Assembly: GCA_963851265.1 (NCBI GenBank)
Contig: CAWKNZ010000007.1
Coordinates: forward strand, 448,001 to 512,000
DNA: 64,000 nucleotides
Source: an uncultured Gemmatimonadales bacterium
Lineage (GTDB): Bacteria > Gemmatimonadota > Gemmatimonadetes > Gemmatimonadales > Gemmatimonadaceae
Direction: 5' to 3'
Program-made: the position numbers and the translations under genes
Notes under the pieces: generated by a model
What the model saw: only the letters and a program-made list of their open reading frames with translations
Databases searched by the model: none
What the model was told of the DNA's origin: nothing
In this document: positions 49,709 through 59,212 of the stretch, piece by piece
Position numbering within the stretch: the first letter of the stretch is position 1
Layout: each line of letters starts with the position of its first letter

Positions 49709-50538
49709 GTGCGGCCGAGGGGCCGACGGCGGGGGAATCGACGTCGGGCACGCCGGCGCCGGTGCGCGTGCTCCCGTCGCCCGAGGCGATCGGCGAGTTG
49801 CTGGCGGACCGCGTGCTCGCCGGGGTCGAGGCCGCGCGCGTCTCGGGTCGACCGTTCCTCCTGGGCTGCCCGACCGGACGCACGCCGCGGCCGATCTACG
49901 CCGCGATGGCGCGGCGGGTAGCGGGGCGGCGGCAGGATCTCCGCCAGCTCGTGCTCGTGATGATGGACGAGTACCTCGTGCCCGGCCCCGACGGCACGCT
50001 CGTCCACGCCTCGCCGGACCGGCCGTGGTCGTGTCGCCGCTTCGCCGAGTCCGAGATCGTCGAGCCGATCAACGCCGCGCTCGGGCCAGGGGACCGAATC
50101 CCGGAGGACTCGGTCTGGCTACCCGACCCGCGCGACCCCGCCGCGTACGACGTGCGGATCGCCGTGGCTGGGGGGATCGACCTCTTCCTGCTCGCGTCGG
50201 GGGCGAGCGACGGGCACGTCGCGTTCAACCCGCCTGGGAGCCCGCGCGAGAGCCGGACGCGGGTGATCCCGCTTTCGGACGAGACACGGCGCGACAACCT
50301 CGCGACGTTCCCGAGCTTCGGCACCGTAGCGGCCGTGCCGCACCACGGCGTGAGCGTGGGGATCGCGACGATCGCCGAGGCGCGCGCGGCGGTGATGGTC
50401 GCGTGGGGCGCCGGGAAGCGCGAGACGGTCGCGCGGATGCGCGCGGCCGGGAGCTACGACGCCGCGTGGCCGGCGACCATCGTCCACGAGTGCGCCGCGG
50501 CGGAGATCGTCTGCGACGCGGAGGCCGCCGGGGCGTGA
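49705..50538 (+). CDS. Glucosamine-6-phosphate deaminase/6-phosphogluconolactonase-like protein
   Basis: LGCPTGRTP, MDEY, GGIDLFLL, DGHVAFNPPG; GTGA overlap. Confidence 0.8.
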   Translation: MSAAEGPTAGESTSGTPAPVRVLPSPEAIGELLADRVLAGVEAARVSGRPFLLGCPTGRTPRPIYAAMARRVAGRRQDLRQLVLVMMDEYLVPGPDGTLVHASPDRPWSCRRFAESEIVEPINAALGPGDRIPEDSVWLPDPRDPAAYDVRIAVAGGIDLFLLASGASDGHVAFNPPGSPRESRTRVIPLSDETRRDNLATFPSFGTVAAVPHHGVSVGIATIAEARAAVMVAWGAGKRETVARMRAAGSYDAAWPATIVHECAAAEIVCDAEAAGA

Positions 50539-50577
50539 CGCATCGCCTGACGCGCGCCCGGGCGGCGCCGCGGCGCG

Positions 50578-52269
50578 TCAGAGGTTGCGGCGGTTGAGCT
50601 CGTTGACGGCGAAGTCCGCCGCGCGCGCCGTGAGCGCCATGTAGGTGAGCGACGGGTTCTGGCACGCGGTCGACGCCATGCACGAGCCGTCGGTGACGAA
50701 CACGTTGGGCGCGTCCCACACCTGGTTGTGGGCGTTGAGCACCGACACCTTCGGGCTCCGCCCCATGCGCGCCGTGCCCATCTCGTGGATGCCCATCCCC
50801 GGGAAGTACTCGCCGTCGAAGGTGTGGACGTTCTTCGCGCCCGCGGCCTCGAGCATCTCGGCCATGTCGCTGATCATGTCCTTGCGCATGAGGCGCTCGT
50901 TCTCGCCGGTGGCGCAGTCGATCTTCAGCACGGGGAGGCCCCAGCGGTCCTTGCGCGTCTCGTCGAGCGTGACCGTGTTCTGGTGGTTGGGGAGCATCTC
51001 GCCGAACGCGGTCGCGCCAAAGGCCCACGCCCCCGGCTCGGCCGCCGTGTCCTTGAACTCGCCGCCGACGCCGAGCTCCGCGACCGCGCGCGACCAGCCG
51101 TCGCGGCTCGCGGCGCCCTCGTAGCCGAAGCCGCGCAGATAGTCGCGCTTCTCGCCCCGCAGGTTGCGGTAGCGCGGGATGTAGATCGCGTTCGGCCGTC
51201 GCCCGGCCTCGATCTTGTCGTCCAGCCCTTCGATCTGGCCGGAGGCGCCGCAGCGGAAGTGGTGGTCCATCAGGTTGTGCCCCAGCTCCCCCGAGCTGCT
51301 GCCCAACCCCCCGGGCCACACGTCGGTAGCGGAGCGGAGGAGGAGCCACGTCGAGTTGAGCGTCGACGCGCAGAGGAAGACGACTTTGGCCGTGTAGTCG
51401 GTCGTCTGATCGGTCACCGCGTCGAGCACGCGCACGCCGGTGGCGCGCCTGCGGTCCTTGTCGTAGAGCACCTCGGTGGCGATCGCGAACGGCCGGAGCG
51501 TGAGGCGCCCCGTGCGCACCGCGGCCGGGAGCGTCGACGATTGCGTGCTGAAGTAGGCGCCGTACGGGCAGCCGAGCCAGCAGGCGTCGCGGTACTGGCA
51601 CGCGTAGCGCCCGGCAAGCGGCTGGGTCAGGTTGGCCGTCCGGCTCGGGATGACCCGCCGCCGGCCGTCGTACAGGTGCATGAGGCGGTCGGCCACCTGC
51701 CGCTCGGCGCAGTTCATCGCCATCGGCGGCTGGAACTCGCCGTCGGGCAGCTGCTCGAGTCCCTCGTGCGACCCGGCGATGCCGGCGAAGCGTTCGACGT
51801 GGCTGTACCACGGCGCGATCTCCGCATACCGGATCGGCCAGTCGGTGCCGACGCCCTGTTTCGCGTTCGCCTCGAAGTCGATGTCGCTGTGGCGGAAGCT
51901 GCAGCGTCCCCACATGAGCGAGCGGCCGCCGACGTGGTAGCCGCGGTACCAGTCGAAGCGCTTGACCTCGGTGTAGGGCGAATCCTTGTCGCTCGCCCAC
52001 CAGTCGAGGTTCTTCTCGTTCAGCGGAAAATCCCGCTTGAGCACGGGGTAGGCGTCTTCCATGGCGGTCGTGGTCCCGCCGCGGTGCGGGTACGCCCAGG
52101 GTGGCTTGGTCGCGTTGACGTAGTCCTTGATGTGCTCGATGTTCTTGCCGCGCTCGAGCAGGAGCACGCGCAGCCCCTTCTCCGTGAGCTCCTTGGCGGC
52201 CCATCCGCCCGAGATGCCGGAGCCGACGACGATGGCGTCGTAGTGCGTGTCCTGCGCGGGGGCGTGCAT
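50578..52269 (-). CDS. GMC oxidoreductase (glucoside 3-dehydrogenase-like catalytic subunit)
   Basis: GSGISGGWAAKELTEKG, CxxxxxCxxGC, NLMDH, HEMGTARMG, NPSLTYMALTARA. Confidence 0.9.
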   Translation of the reverse strand: MHAPAQDTHYDAIVVGSGISGGWAAKELTEKGLRVLLLERGKNIEHIKDYVNATKPPWAYPHRGGTTTAMEDAYPVLKRDFPLNEKNLDWWASDKDSPYTEVKRFDWYRGYHVGGRSLMWGRCSFRHSDIDFEANAKQGVGTDWPIRYAEIAPWYSHVERFAGIAGSHEGLEQLPDGEFQPPMAMNCAERQVADRLMHLYDGRRRVIPSRTANLTQPLAGRYACQYRDACWLGCPYGAYFSTQSSTLPAAVRTGRLTLRPFAIATEVLYDKDRRRATGVRVLDAVTDQTTDYTAKVVFLCASTLNSTWLLLRSATDVWPGGLGSSSGELGHNLMDHHFRCGASGQIEGLDDKIEAGRRPNAIYIPRYRNLRGEKRDYLRGFGYEGAASRDGWSRAVAELGVGGEFKDTAAEPGAWAFGATAFGEMLPNHQNTVTLDETRKDRWGLPVLKIDCATGENERLMRKDMISDMAEMLEAAGAKNVHTFDGEYFPGMGIHEMGTARMGRSPKVSVLNAHNQVWDAPNVFVTDGSCMASTACQNPSLTYMALTARAADFAVNELNRRNL

Positions 52270-52432
52270 CGCGGGTGCTCCTGTGTCGAGGCGATCGATC
52301 GCCGCGTCGGGGCGGCGGAATCGTCCGAATATGGCGTGTGACGCGCCGTCGAGCACGCAACGGGGCGGTCCGCCGCGTACGATTGTGCGCGCGCCGCACG
52401 CCCATATCGGCCACCCCGCGACCGGAGGTCAC

Positions 52433-53407
52433 GTGAATCGCTCGACCCGTCTTCGCCTCGCCGCCACCGCCGCCGTGCTCGCGGGCGCGGGCCACCCCAC
52501 GACGGCGTTCGCACAAGCGCGACCGCTGCCGCCCATCGTTGGGCGGTGGGACTTCCGCGTGACGGGCGCCGACGGGGCGTACCCGTCGTGGCTCGAGGTC
52601 ACACCCTCGGGCGACCGCGCGCTCGTCGGGCGGTTCGTCGGGCGCGTCGGGAGCGCGCGGCCGATCTCGCGCGTCGCGTGGGCCGGCGACACGCTCCGGT
52701 TCGCGATTCCGCCGCAGTGGGAGTCCGGCGACGGCGACCTGCGCGTCGAGGGCACGTTCGCGGCCGACGGCGGCGGCCGGCTGTCGGGCACGCTCGTCAC
52801 CCCCGACGGCGCGCGCCAGGCGTGGACGGCCGCGCGCGCGCCGGCGCTCCTCCCCGCGGGCGCGCCGCGGTGGGGCGCGCCCGTCGCGCTGTTCGACGGC
52901 CGGAGCCTCGCGGGCTGGGATGCGCGCGGCGGCGAGAACCGCTGGCGCGCCGCGAACGGCGTGCTGACCAACCCGGGCGGCGGCGCCAACCTCGCCACGA
53001 CGCGAACGTTCGGCGACTTCAAACTGCACCTGGAGTTCCGCTACCCGCCCGGGAGCAACAGCGGCGTGTACCTGCGCGGCCGCTACGAGGTGCAGATCGA
53101 GGACGACGAGGAGACGCGCCGCGATCAGGAGCCCGCGCTCGTCGACATCGGCGGCGTCTACGGCTTTCTGGCGCCGACCAGCTACGCGGCGCGCCCGCCC
53201 GGCACCTGGCAGAGCTACGACCTCACCTTCGTGGGGCGTCGCGTCACGGTCGTGCTGAACGGGCGCACGGTGATTGCGGAGCAGACCATCCCCGGCATCA
53301 CCGGCGGCGCGCTCGACAGCGACGAGGGCGCGCCGGGGCCGATCGTGCTGCAGGGCGACCACGGCCGCATCGAGTACCGGAACCTCGTCCTCACGCCGGC
53401 GCGTTAG
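52433..53407 (+). CDS. DUF1080 (3-keto-disaccharide hydrolase family) protein, exported
   Basis: GGAGG RBS, signal peptide, LFDGRSLAGW, FGDFKLHLEF, NSGVY, YEVQI, LQGDHG. Confidence 0.9.
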   Translation: MNRSTRLRLAATAAVLAGAGHPTTAFAQARPLPPIVGRWDFRVTGADGAYPSWLEVTPSGDRALVGRFVGRVGSARPISRVAWAGDTLRFAIPPQWESGDGDLRVEGTFAADGGGRLSGTLVTPDGARQAWTAARAPALLPAGAPRWGAPVALFDGRSLAGWDARGGENRWRAANGVLTNPGGGANLATTRTFGDFKLHLEFRYPPGSNSGVYLRGRYEVQIEDDEETRRDQEPALVDIGGVYGFLAPTSYAARPPGTWQSYDLTFVGRRVTVVLNGRTVIAEQTIPGITGGALDSDEGAPGPIVLQGDHGRIEYRNLVLTPAR

Positions 53408-53479
53408 GCCGTGACCCGTCGACCCCGATGGGCCGGGGCGGCGCGGCACCACACGTCATCACAGCGGAGGAGTCAGCAC

Positions 53480-53842
53480 ATGGCAGATTCGCAGCAGAGC
53501 CCGATGGATCGGGCGGACGGGCGCGACATGACGCCGATCGGCGGGACGACGGCGGGCGTGCAGCCGGGCTCGGACCCGACGCGCACCGGCGGCATCGGGA
53601 CGCCCGGGGCGGAGTTGGGCGTGCCGACGCCGGGGACCGTCGATCCGCGCGGCGCGCCCGCGCCGACGCCCACGGGCGACGTCGGGATGGGCGGCGACCC
53701 CGCCGACGTCGGGACGCAGGTGGACGGCGCCTACGGCGGCGACGGTGGCGGCACCGGCGCCGCGGGCGGACTCGGCGGGCCCGACGTGGTCGGCGGCGTC
53801 GGGGGCTCGCTCGGGGGGATGAGCGGCGGCATGAGCATGTAA
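53480..53842 (+). CDS. Small Gly-rich disordered hypothetical protein
   Basis: GGAGGAG RBS; G/T/P/D-rich frame. Confidence 0.6.
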   Translation: MADSQQSPMDRADGRDMTPIGGTTAGVQPGSDPTRTGGIGTPGAELGVPTPGTVDPRGAPAPTPTGDVGMGGDPADVGTQVDGAYGGDGGGTGAAGGLGGPDVVGGVGGSLGGMSGGMSM

Positions 53843-53870
53843 CCGGCCGGCCGCGTCTGCCGCGCGGCGC

Positions 53871-54755
53871 TCAGTACCGGAGCGCCGCGAGGTAGGCGTG
53901 GTCCCGGCGCGCGCTGTCGATCGGCGCGCCGGGGTAGCTCTCCTGCTCGACGTACACGTACTTATGGTCGAGGGGCCCGGCGAGCGCGAGGATCTTCCGG
54001 AAGTCGACGATCCCCTTGCCGAGTTCGGCGTCGTGTTCGGCGCCGAGTCGGGTCGCGTCCTTCAGGTGAAAGAGCCAGTAACGGTCGGCGTGCGCCCGCA
54101 TGTAGTCGAGCGGGTCGCGCCCGCCGAGCGCGGCGTTGCCGGTGTCGAGTTGCAGGCGCACCCGCGCCGGATCGGTTCGCTCGACGAGCACGTCGTATGG
54201 GATCTGCCCGTCGATGGGCGCGAAGTTCTCGGCCTCGTCGTGAAAGCCGAGCCAGAGACCCGCGCCGCGCACCGTTTCGCCCGCCGCGTTCAGCCGATCC
54301 GCCCAGCGGCGGTAGTCGTCGAGCGTGGCCCGCCCGGTCTCGAGCGGCAGCGACGCGACGACCACGTACTCGTGCCCGAGCGTGTGCGCGTCGGCGAGCA
54401 GGCGTGGGAGGTCGCCGAGCGCCTCGGTCGAGATGTGGGTGGAGGGCGCGCGCAGGTGCAGCGAATCGAGCGTCTGCCGCAGGCGAGCCGGGGGCATCCC
54501 GAAGTTCTGCATCGAGTCGAGCAGCTCGACGTCCTGGTAGCCCGCAGCGGCGATCTCGCCGAGGGTGCGCGTCAGGTCCGCGCGTGCGGCGTCGCGCAGG
54601 CTGTAGAGCTGCAGGCCGATGCGCGCGACGCGCCGCGTGGGCGCGGGCGCATCGCCGAGCGCGGCCGGAAGGGCGGCCCGGAGGGCGGAGGTGCGCAGAA
54701 CCGCTGGAAGAGCGAGCGCGGCGCCGAGGGCGCGGACGACGGTACGACGGTGCAT
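53871..54755 (-). CDS. Sugar phosphate isomerase/epimerase (AP_endonuc_2 TIM barrel) with Tat-like signal
   Basis: [30 protein letters not shown]. Confidence 0.88.
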   Translation of the reverse strand: MHRRTVVRALGAALALPAVLRTSALRAALPAALGDAPAPTRRVARIGLQLYSLRDAARADLTRTLGEIAAAGYQDVELLDSMQNFGMPPARLRQTLDSLHLRAPSTHISTEALGDLPRLLADAHTLGHEYVVVASLPLETGRATLDDYRRWADRLNAAGETVRGAGLWLGFHDEAENFAPIDGQIPYDVLVERTDPARVRLQLDTGNAALGGRDPLDYMRAHADRYWLFHLKDATRLGAEHDAELGKGIVDFRKILALAGPLDHKYVYVEQESYPGAPIDSARRDHAYLAALRY

Positions 54756-54832
54756 CGGCAATCTCCGGCGAGGAGGGGGCGGACGTGGCGAGGCGTGGGC
54801 TCACACTACGCGGCGGCACAGCTCGGCGCGAG

Positions 54833-54861
54833 TTGACACGTGTACGGCCCGCGGGCATACT
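54833..54861 (+). promoter_or_regulatory. Sigma70-type promoter of the C1 operon
   Basis: TTGACA-17 nt-CATACT about 245 nt upstream of fae. Confidence 0.7.
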
Positions 54862-55104
54862 GGCCTGCCCCGACCCGGCCCGCGGCGCGTGCGCGCGGAG
54901 GTGCGGGGCCGGCGACCCCGGCGCGTCGTGCCTAACGAGCACGCGGCGGGCCGCCGGAGGGGGCTACCCGCCGGCCGAGGGCCGGCGGGACCGCGCGGGC
55001 GGCCGCAGGGGCGGCCGGGCCGCGCTGCTCCGTCGGAGGGAAGACGCGCGGGTCACGGGTGGGCCCGCGTCCCACCCCACGCTTTCCACACGGAGGATCG
55101 TCCC

Positions 55105-55674
55105 ATGGCGCAGGACTTCTTCATCGGCGAGTCGCTCGTCGGCGACGGCAACGAGGTCGCGCACATCGACCTCATCATCGGCTCCAAGTCGGGGCCGGCG
55201 GGGCAGGCGTTCGTGAACGCCCTCTCCAACCAGAAGGACGGGTTCTCGACGCTCCTCGCGGTGGTCACGCCCAACCTGCCCGCCAAGCCCGACACCATCC
55301 TGTTCAACAAGGTCACGATCAAGGGCGCGAAGCAGGCCGTGCAGATGTTCGGCCCGGCGCAGGCGGCCGTCGCGCGTGCGGTGGTCGACGCGGTCGAGTC
55401 GGGGGTGATACCGCAGGACAAGACGGACGACTACTGCATCCTCGTCGGCGTGTTCATCCACTGGCAGGCCGAGGATGATCAGAAGATCTACGATTACAAC
55501 TACCAGGCGACGAAGGAGTCGATCGCGCGCGCCCTGAGCGGACAGCCGAAGGCGGCCGACGTGGTGCAGCAGGCCAAGACCGCGGCGCACCCCTTCGCGG
55601 GCGGTGCGGAGCGGAAGCGCGGCGAGTCGCAGGGCGCGGCCGGGCAGGAGCAGATGCAGGGCGCGAACATCTGA
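55105..55674 (+). CDS. fae: Formaldehyde-activating enzyme
   Basis: [57 protein letters not shown]. Confidence 0.95.
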   Translation: MAQDFFIGESLVGDGNEVAHIDLIIGSKSGPAGQAFVNALSNQKDGFSTLLAVVTPNLPAKPDTILFNKVTIKGAKQAVQMFGPAQAAVARAVVDAVESGVIPQDKTDDYCILVGVFIHWQAEDDQKIYDYNYQATKESIARALSGQPKAADVVQQAKTAAHPFAGGAERKRGESQGAAGQEQMQGANI

Positions 55675-55708
55675 CGCCGCGCACGCGGGCGGCGGGAGCG
55701 GCGGGCCG

Positions 55709-56617
55709 ATGCTGAAGCTGCTGTTGCAACTGGACAGCTCGCCGCTGCCGAGCGTGTTCGACCAGGTGGTCGCGTACGACGCCGGCGCGGACCGCGTGCT
55801 GAGCTACGGCGGCGTGACCGAGTCGGCCGTGCGCGACCTCGTGCACGGCCTGTTGTTCACGCGCGGGCCGAAGGATCTGCACCACAGCGCGGTGTGGATC
55901 GGCGGGTCCGACGTGGGCGCGGGCGAGCGTCTGCTGGCCGCGGTTCGGGCGGCGTGCTTCGGCCCGTTTCGCGTGTCGGTGATGCTCGACTCGAACGGGT
56001 CGAACACCACCGCGGCCGCCGCGGTGACGCGCATCGCCGCGGCGGCCGGCGGCGTGCGCGGGCGGCGCGTGGTGATCACGGCGGGCACGGGCCCGGTCGG
56101 CGCGCGGGCGGCGGGATTGTTCGCGGCCGCGGGCGCCGACGTCACGATCACGTCGCGACGTGCGGACGAGAGCGATCGGGTCGCGGCGGCGGTGCGCGCG
56201 CGGTTTGCCGCTGACGGCGGCGGCAGCGTTCGCGCGGTGACGATGCGCGACCCGTCGGAAGCCGCCGCGGTGCTCGACCGGGCGGAGCTGCTGCTGAACG
56301 CCGGGCCCACGGGGGTGACGCTCGTGCCGCGCGCGGCGTGGGCGGGGCGCGCCGGACTGCGCGTGGCCGCCGACCTCAACGCGGTGCCTCCGTTCGGCAT
56401 CGACGGGATCGAGCCGGGCGACGCGGGCAGCGAACGCGACGGTACCGCGACCTTCGGCGCGCTCGGCGTGGGCGGGTTCAAGATGAAGGTGCACCGCGCG
56501 TGCGTGGCGCGGCTGTTCGCGCGGAACGACCTCGTGCTCGACGCCGAATCGATCGCGGAGGTCGCGCGCGAGCTGGCGGGCGGCGCGCCGGCGGTCGGCA
56601 CGCCCGCGGGCGCGTAG
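55709..56617 (+). CDS. NAD(P)-dependent methylene-H4MPT dehydrogenase (MtdA/MtdC type)
   Basis: LQLD-PSVFD, FTRG, DSNGSNTTAAAA, GTGPVG, DLNAVPP, GALGVGGFKMK. Confidence 0.9.
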   Translation: MLKLLLQLDSSPLPSVFDQVVAYDAGADRVLSYGGVTESAVRDLVHGLLFTRGPKDLHHSAVWIGGSDVGAGERLLAAVRAACFGPFRVSVMLDSNGSNTTAAAAVTRIAAAAGGVRGRRVVITAGTGPVGARAAGLFAAAGADVTITSRRADESDRVAAAVRARFAADGGGSVRAVTMRDPSEAAAVLDRAELLLNAGPTGVTLVPRAAWAGRAGLRVAADLNAVPPFGIDGIEPGDAGSERDGTATFGALGVGGFKMKVHRACVARLFARNDLVLDAESIAEVARELAGGAPAVGTPAGA

Positions 56618-56621
56618 GGCA

Positions 56622-57782
56622 GTGCCGCACGTGCTGCTGGCCGGCGTCTCGACGCGCGCGGTGGCCGAGTCGGCGGCGCGGACGGGATTCCGCGTGACTG
56701 CGCTCGACGCGTTCGCCGACCTCGATCAGCACGCGGGCGTGCGTGCCAGCGCGGTGGCGGGCGAGGCCGGCGGGCGGTACACGGCGGGCGCCGCGGCGCG
56801 GGCGGGGGGCGCGATCGCCTGCGACGCGGTCGCATACGTGTCGGATTTCGAGAACCACGCCTCCGCGGTGCGCACGCTCGCGCGCGGGCGGGCGCTGTGG
56901 GGGAATCCGCCCGCGGTGCTCGCCCGCGTGCGAGCGCCCGGCGCGCTGGCCGTCGCGCTGCGCGCGCGCGGCCACGCAGCGCCGGCAACCGCCACAGCCG
57001 AGCACGCGGGCGCGGCGGCGGCGCGGTGGCTCGTCAAGCCGCACGCGTCCGGGGGCGGGCGCGGCGTTCGATCGTGGCGGCGCGACACGGGCGTGCCGCG
57101 CGGGTGCTCGTTGCAGGAGTACGTCGACGGTGTGCCCGGCTCGGTCGTCTTCGTCGCCGACGGCCGGCGCGCCGTGGTCCTGGGAATGTCGCGGCAGCTC
57201 GTCGGCGAGGGGGCATTCGGCGCGCGTGGCTTCCGGTATTGCGGCAGCGTTCTCGCCGGCGCGGGTGACGCGCAGTTCGCGGCCGATTGCGCCCTGCTGG
57301 CGGCAGCGGCCGGCCTCGCCGACGCCGCGACCGACGCGTTCGGGCTCGTGGGCGTGAACGGCGTCGATTTCATCGCCTGCGACGGCGTGCCGCACGCGAT
57401 CGAGGTGAACCCGCGCTACACGGCGTCGATGGAGTTGGTCGAGCACGCGTACGGGGTCAGCGTCTTCGGCGCCCACGCGGCGGCGTGCGCGGGGGGAGCG
57501 CTCCCCGCGTTCGACGTCCGTGCGGCGCGGCGCGGGGCGCGGGCGACGGGGAAGGCGGTGCTCTTCGCGCCGCGCGCGCTCGTCGCCGGCGACACCCGCC
57601 CGTGGCTCGACGACCCGAGCGTGCGCGACGTGCCGCGCCCGGGACAGCCGATCCCGGCGGGCGGGCCGGTGTGCACCGTGTTCGCCGACGGGACGGACGC
57701 CGCGGCGTGCCGCGACGCGCTCGTGCGTCGCGCGCGGGCCGTGTACGACGCGTTAGGCGTGCCGGAGCGCGCGGCCGCGTGA
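56622..57782 (+). CDS. orfY: ATP-grasp protein OrfY (methanopterin/methanofuran biosynthesis-linked)
   Basis: STRAVAESAAR-DAFADLD, KP-GGG, QEYVDG, EVNPR, GGPVCTV; operon context. Confidence 0.75.
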   Translation: MPHVLLAGVSTRAVAESAARTGFRVTALDAFADLDQHAGVRASAVAGEAGGRYTAGAAARAGGAIACDAVAYVSDFENHASAVRTLARGRALWGNPPAVLARVRAPGALAVALRARGHAAPATATAEHAGAAAARWLVKPHASGGGRGVRSWRRDTGVPRGCSLQEYVDGVPGSVVFVADGRRAVVLGMSRQLVGEGAFGARGFRYCGSVLAGAGDAQFAADCALLAAAAGLADAATDAFGLVGVNGVDFIACDGVPHAIEVNPRYTASMELVEHAYGVSVFGAHAAACAGGALPAFDVRAARRGARATGKAVLFAPRALVAGDTRPWLDDPSVRDVPRPGQPIPAGGPVCTVFADGTDAAACRDALVRRARAVYDALGVPERAAA

Positions 57783-59212
57783 CCGCGCCGCGCGCTCCGC
57801 GCACCGACGCGACGGTCGCCGCGGGCGACCGGGTAGTCGCGCCCGCCGTCTGCCTGGGCTGCGGCTGCGCGTGCGACGACATCGAGGTCGTCGTCTCCCG
57901 CGATCGCGTCGTCGACGCGCGCCGCGCGTGTGCGCTCGGGGTCGCGTGGTTCGGGGACGGGCGCGTCCCGGCGCGCGCGCTCGTCGCCGGGCGCCCGGCG
58001 ACGGCGGACGCCGCCATCGTGGCGGCGGCGGAGATGCTCGCCGCCGCGCGCCGTCCGCTCGTCTACCTCGCGCCCGAGTTGTCGTGCGAGGCGCAGGGCG
58101 AGGCGATCGCGCTGGCCGACCTGCTGCGCGCAGCCGTCGACGGCGTCACCGGGGACACCGCGATCGGGGCGATCGTCGCGGCGCAGGAGCGCGGGCGGGC
58201 CGGCGCGACGCTGGGCGAGGTGCGCAACCGCGCGGACGTGCTGCTCTACTGGGCCGTCGACCCCGCCGACCGGTACCCGCGCTACCCGTCGCGCTACGCG
58301 CCGGAGCCCGCGGGGCTCGCCGTCCCCGACGGCCGGCGGTCGCGCACGGTGATCGCGGTCGACGTCGGCGCGGCACGCGGTCCGGCCGACGCGGACGTGC
58401 GCGTGGACGTCGCGCCTGCCGACGAGGTCGCGGTGCTCACCGCCCTGCGCGCTCTAGCCGATGGCGGCGCGGTGAGCGCGGCCGCCGCGGACGACGGGCC
58501 CGCGTGGGCCGCGGCGCGCGCCATCGCCCCGCGGCTGCACGCGGCGCGCTACGTCGCGATCGTGCACGACGCGGAGCCGGGCGGCGGCGGCGGACCCGCG
58601 CGCGACCCGGGGCTCGCGGGCGCTCTCGTCGCACTCTCCCTCGCCCTCAACGGGCCCACGCGGTGTGCGCTCAGCACCCTGCGCGCGGGCGGCAACCGGT
58701 CCGGCGCGGACGCCGTGCTCACGTCGCAGACCGGCTATCCCGCGGCGGTCGACTTCGCGCGCGGCTACCCGCGGTACACGCCGCACGACGCCGCGGCGGC
58801 CCGGCTCGCGCGCGGCGCGGTCGACGCGGTACTCGTCGTGGGCGACGTCGGCGGCATCCCACCGGCCGTGGCCGACGCGTTAGGCGCTGGAACCGACGCG
58901 CGCTCGGGCACGGGGCCGTCGGGCGCTGCACGCTCGACCATCGCGCACGCCGTGGTCGGCCCGCACGCGACCGCGCGCGCGTCGACCGGCGCGGTCGCGG
59001 CGATCGACACGGGGGTGGCCGGCGTTCACGAAGCGGGCACCGCGTTCCGCATGGACGACGTCCCGCTCCCGCTCCGCCCGTCGATGGACGCGTGGGCGGG
59101 GCGCCCGCCCGACGCGCGCGCGACCGTTCGGGCGTTGCTCGCGTACGTGGCGCCGCTCGTCCGCGTGCGCGACGCGGCGGCGCGCCGCGCGGGGCTGGCG
59201 GCGGTCCGATGA
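57779..59212 (+). CDS. fhcB: Formyltransferase/hydrolase complex subunit B (FwdB homologue)
   Basis: CLGCGCACDDI, TLGEVRNRAD, QTGYP, GTAFRMDDVPLPL. Confidence 0.88.
   Translation: MTAPRAPRTDATVAAGDRVVAPAVCLGCGCACDDIEVVVSRDRVVDARRACALGVAWFGDGRVPARALVAGRPATADAAIVAAAEMLAAARRPLVYLAPELSCEAQGEAIALADLLRAAVDGVTGDTAIGAIVAAQERGRAGATLGEVRNRADVLLYWAVDPADRYPRYPSRYAPEPAGLAVPDGRRSRTVIAVDVGAARGPADADVRVDVAPADEVAVLTALRALADGGAVSAAAADDGPAWAAARAIAPRLHAARYVAIVHDAEPGGGGGPARDPGLAGALVALSLALNGPTRCALSTLRAGGNRSGADAVLTSQTGYPAAVDFARGYPRYTPHDAAAARLARGAVDAVLVVGDVGGIPPAVADALGAGTDARSGTGPSGAARSTIAHAVVGPHATARASTGAVAAIDTGVAGVHEAGTAFRMDDVPLPLRPSMDAWAGRPPDARATVRALLAYVAPLVRVRDAAARRAGLAAVR

Noticed and set aside
50225..53452. 1075-aa minus-strand ORF and similar long ORFs (39097-41676, 45524-48166, 57871 upstream extension)
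   Set aside because: Arg/Ala/Pro-rich shadow frames of real genes, expected at this GC content
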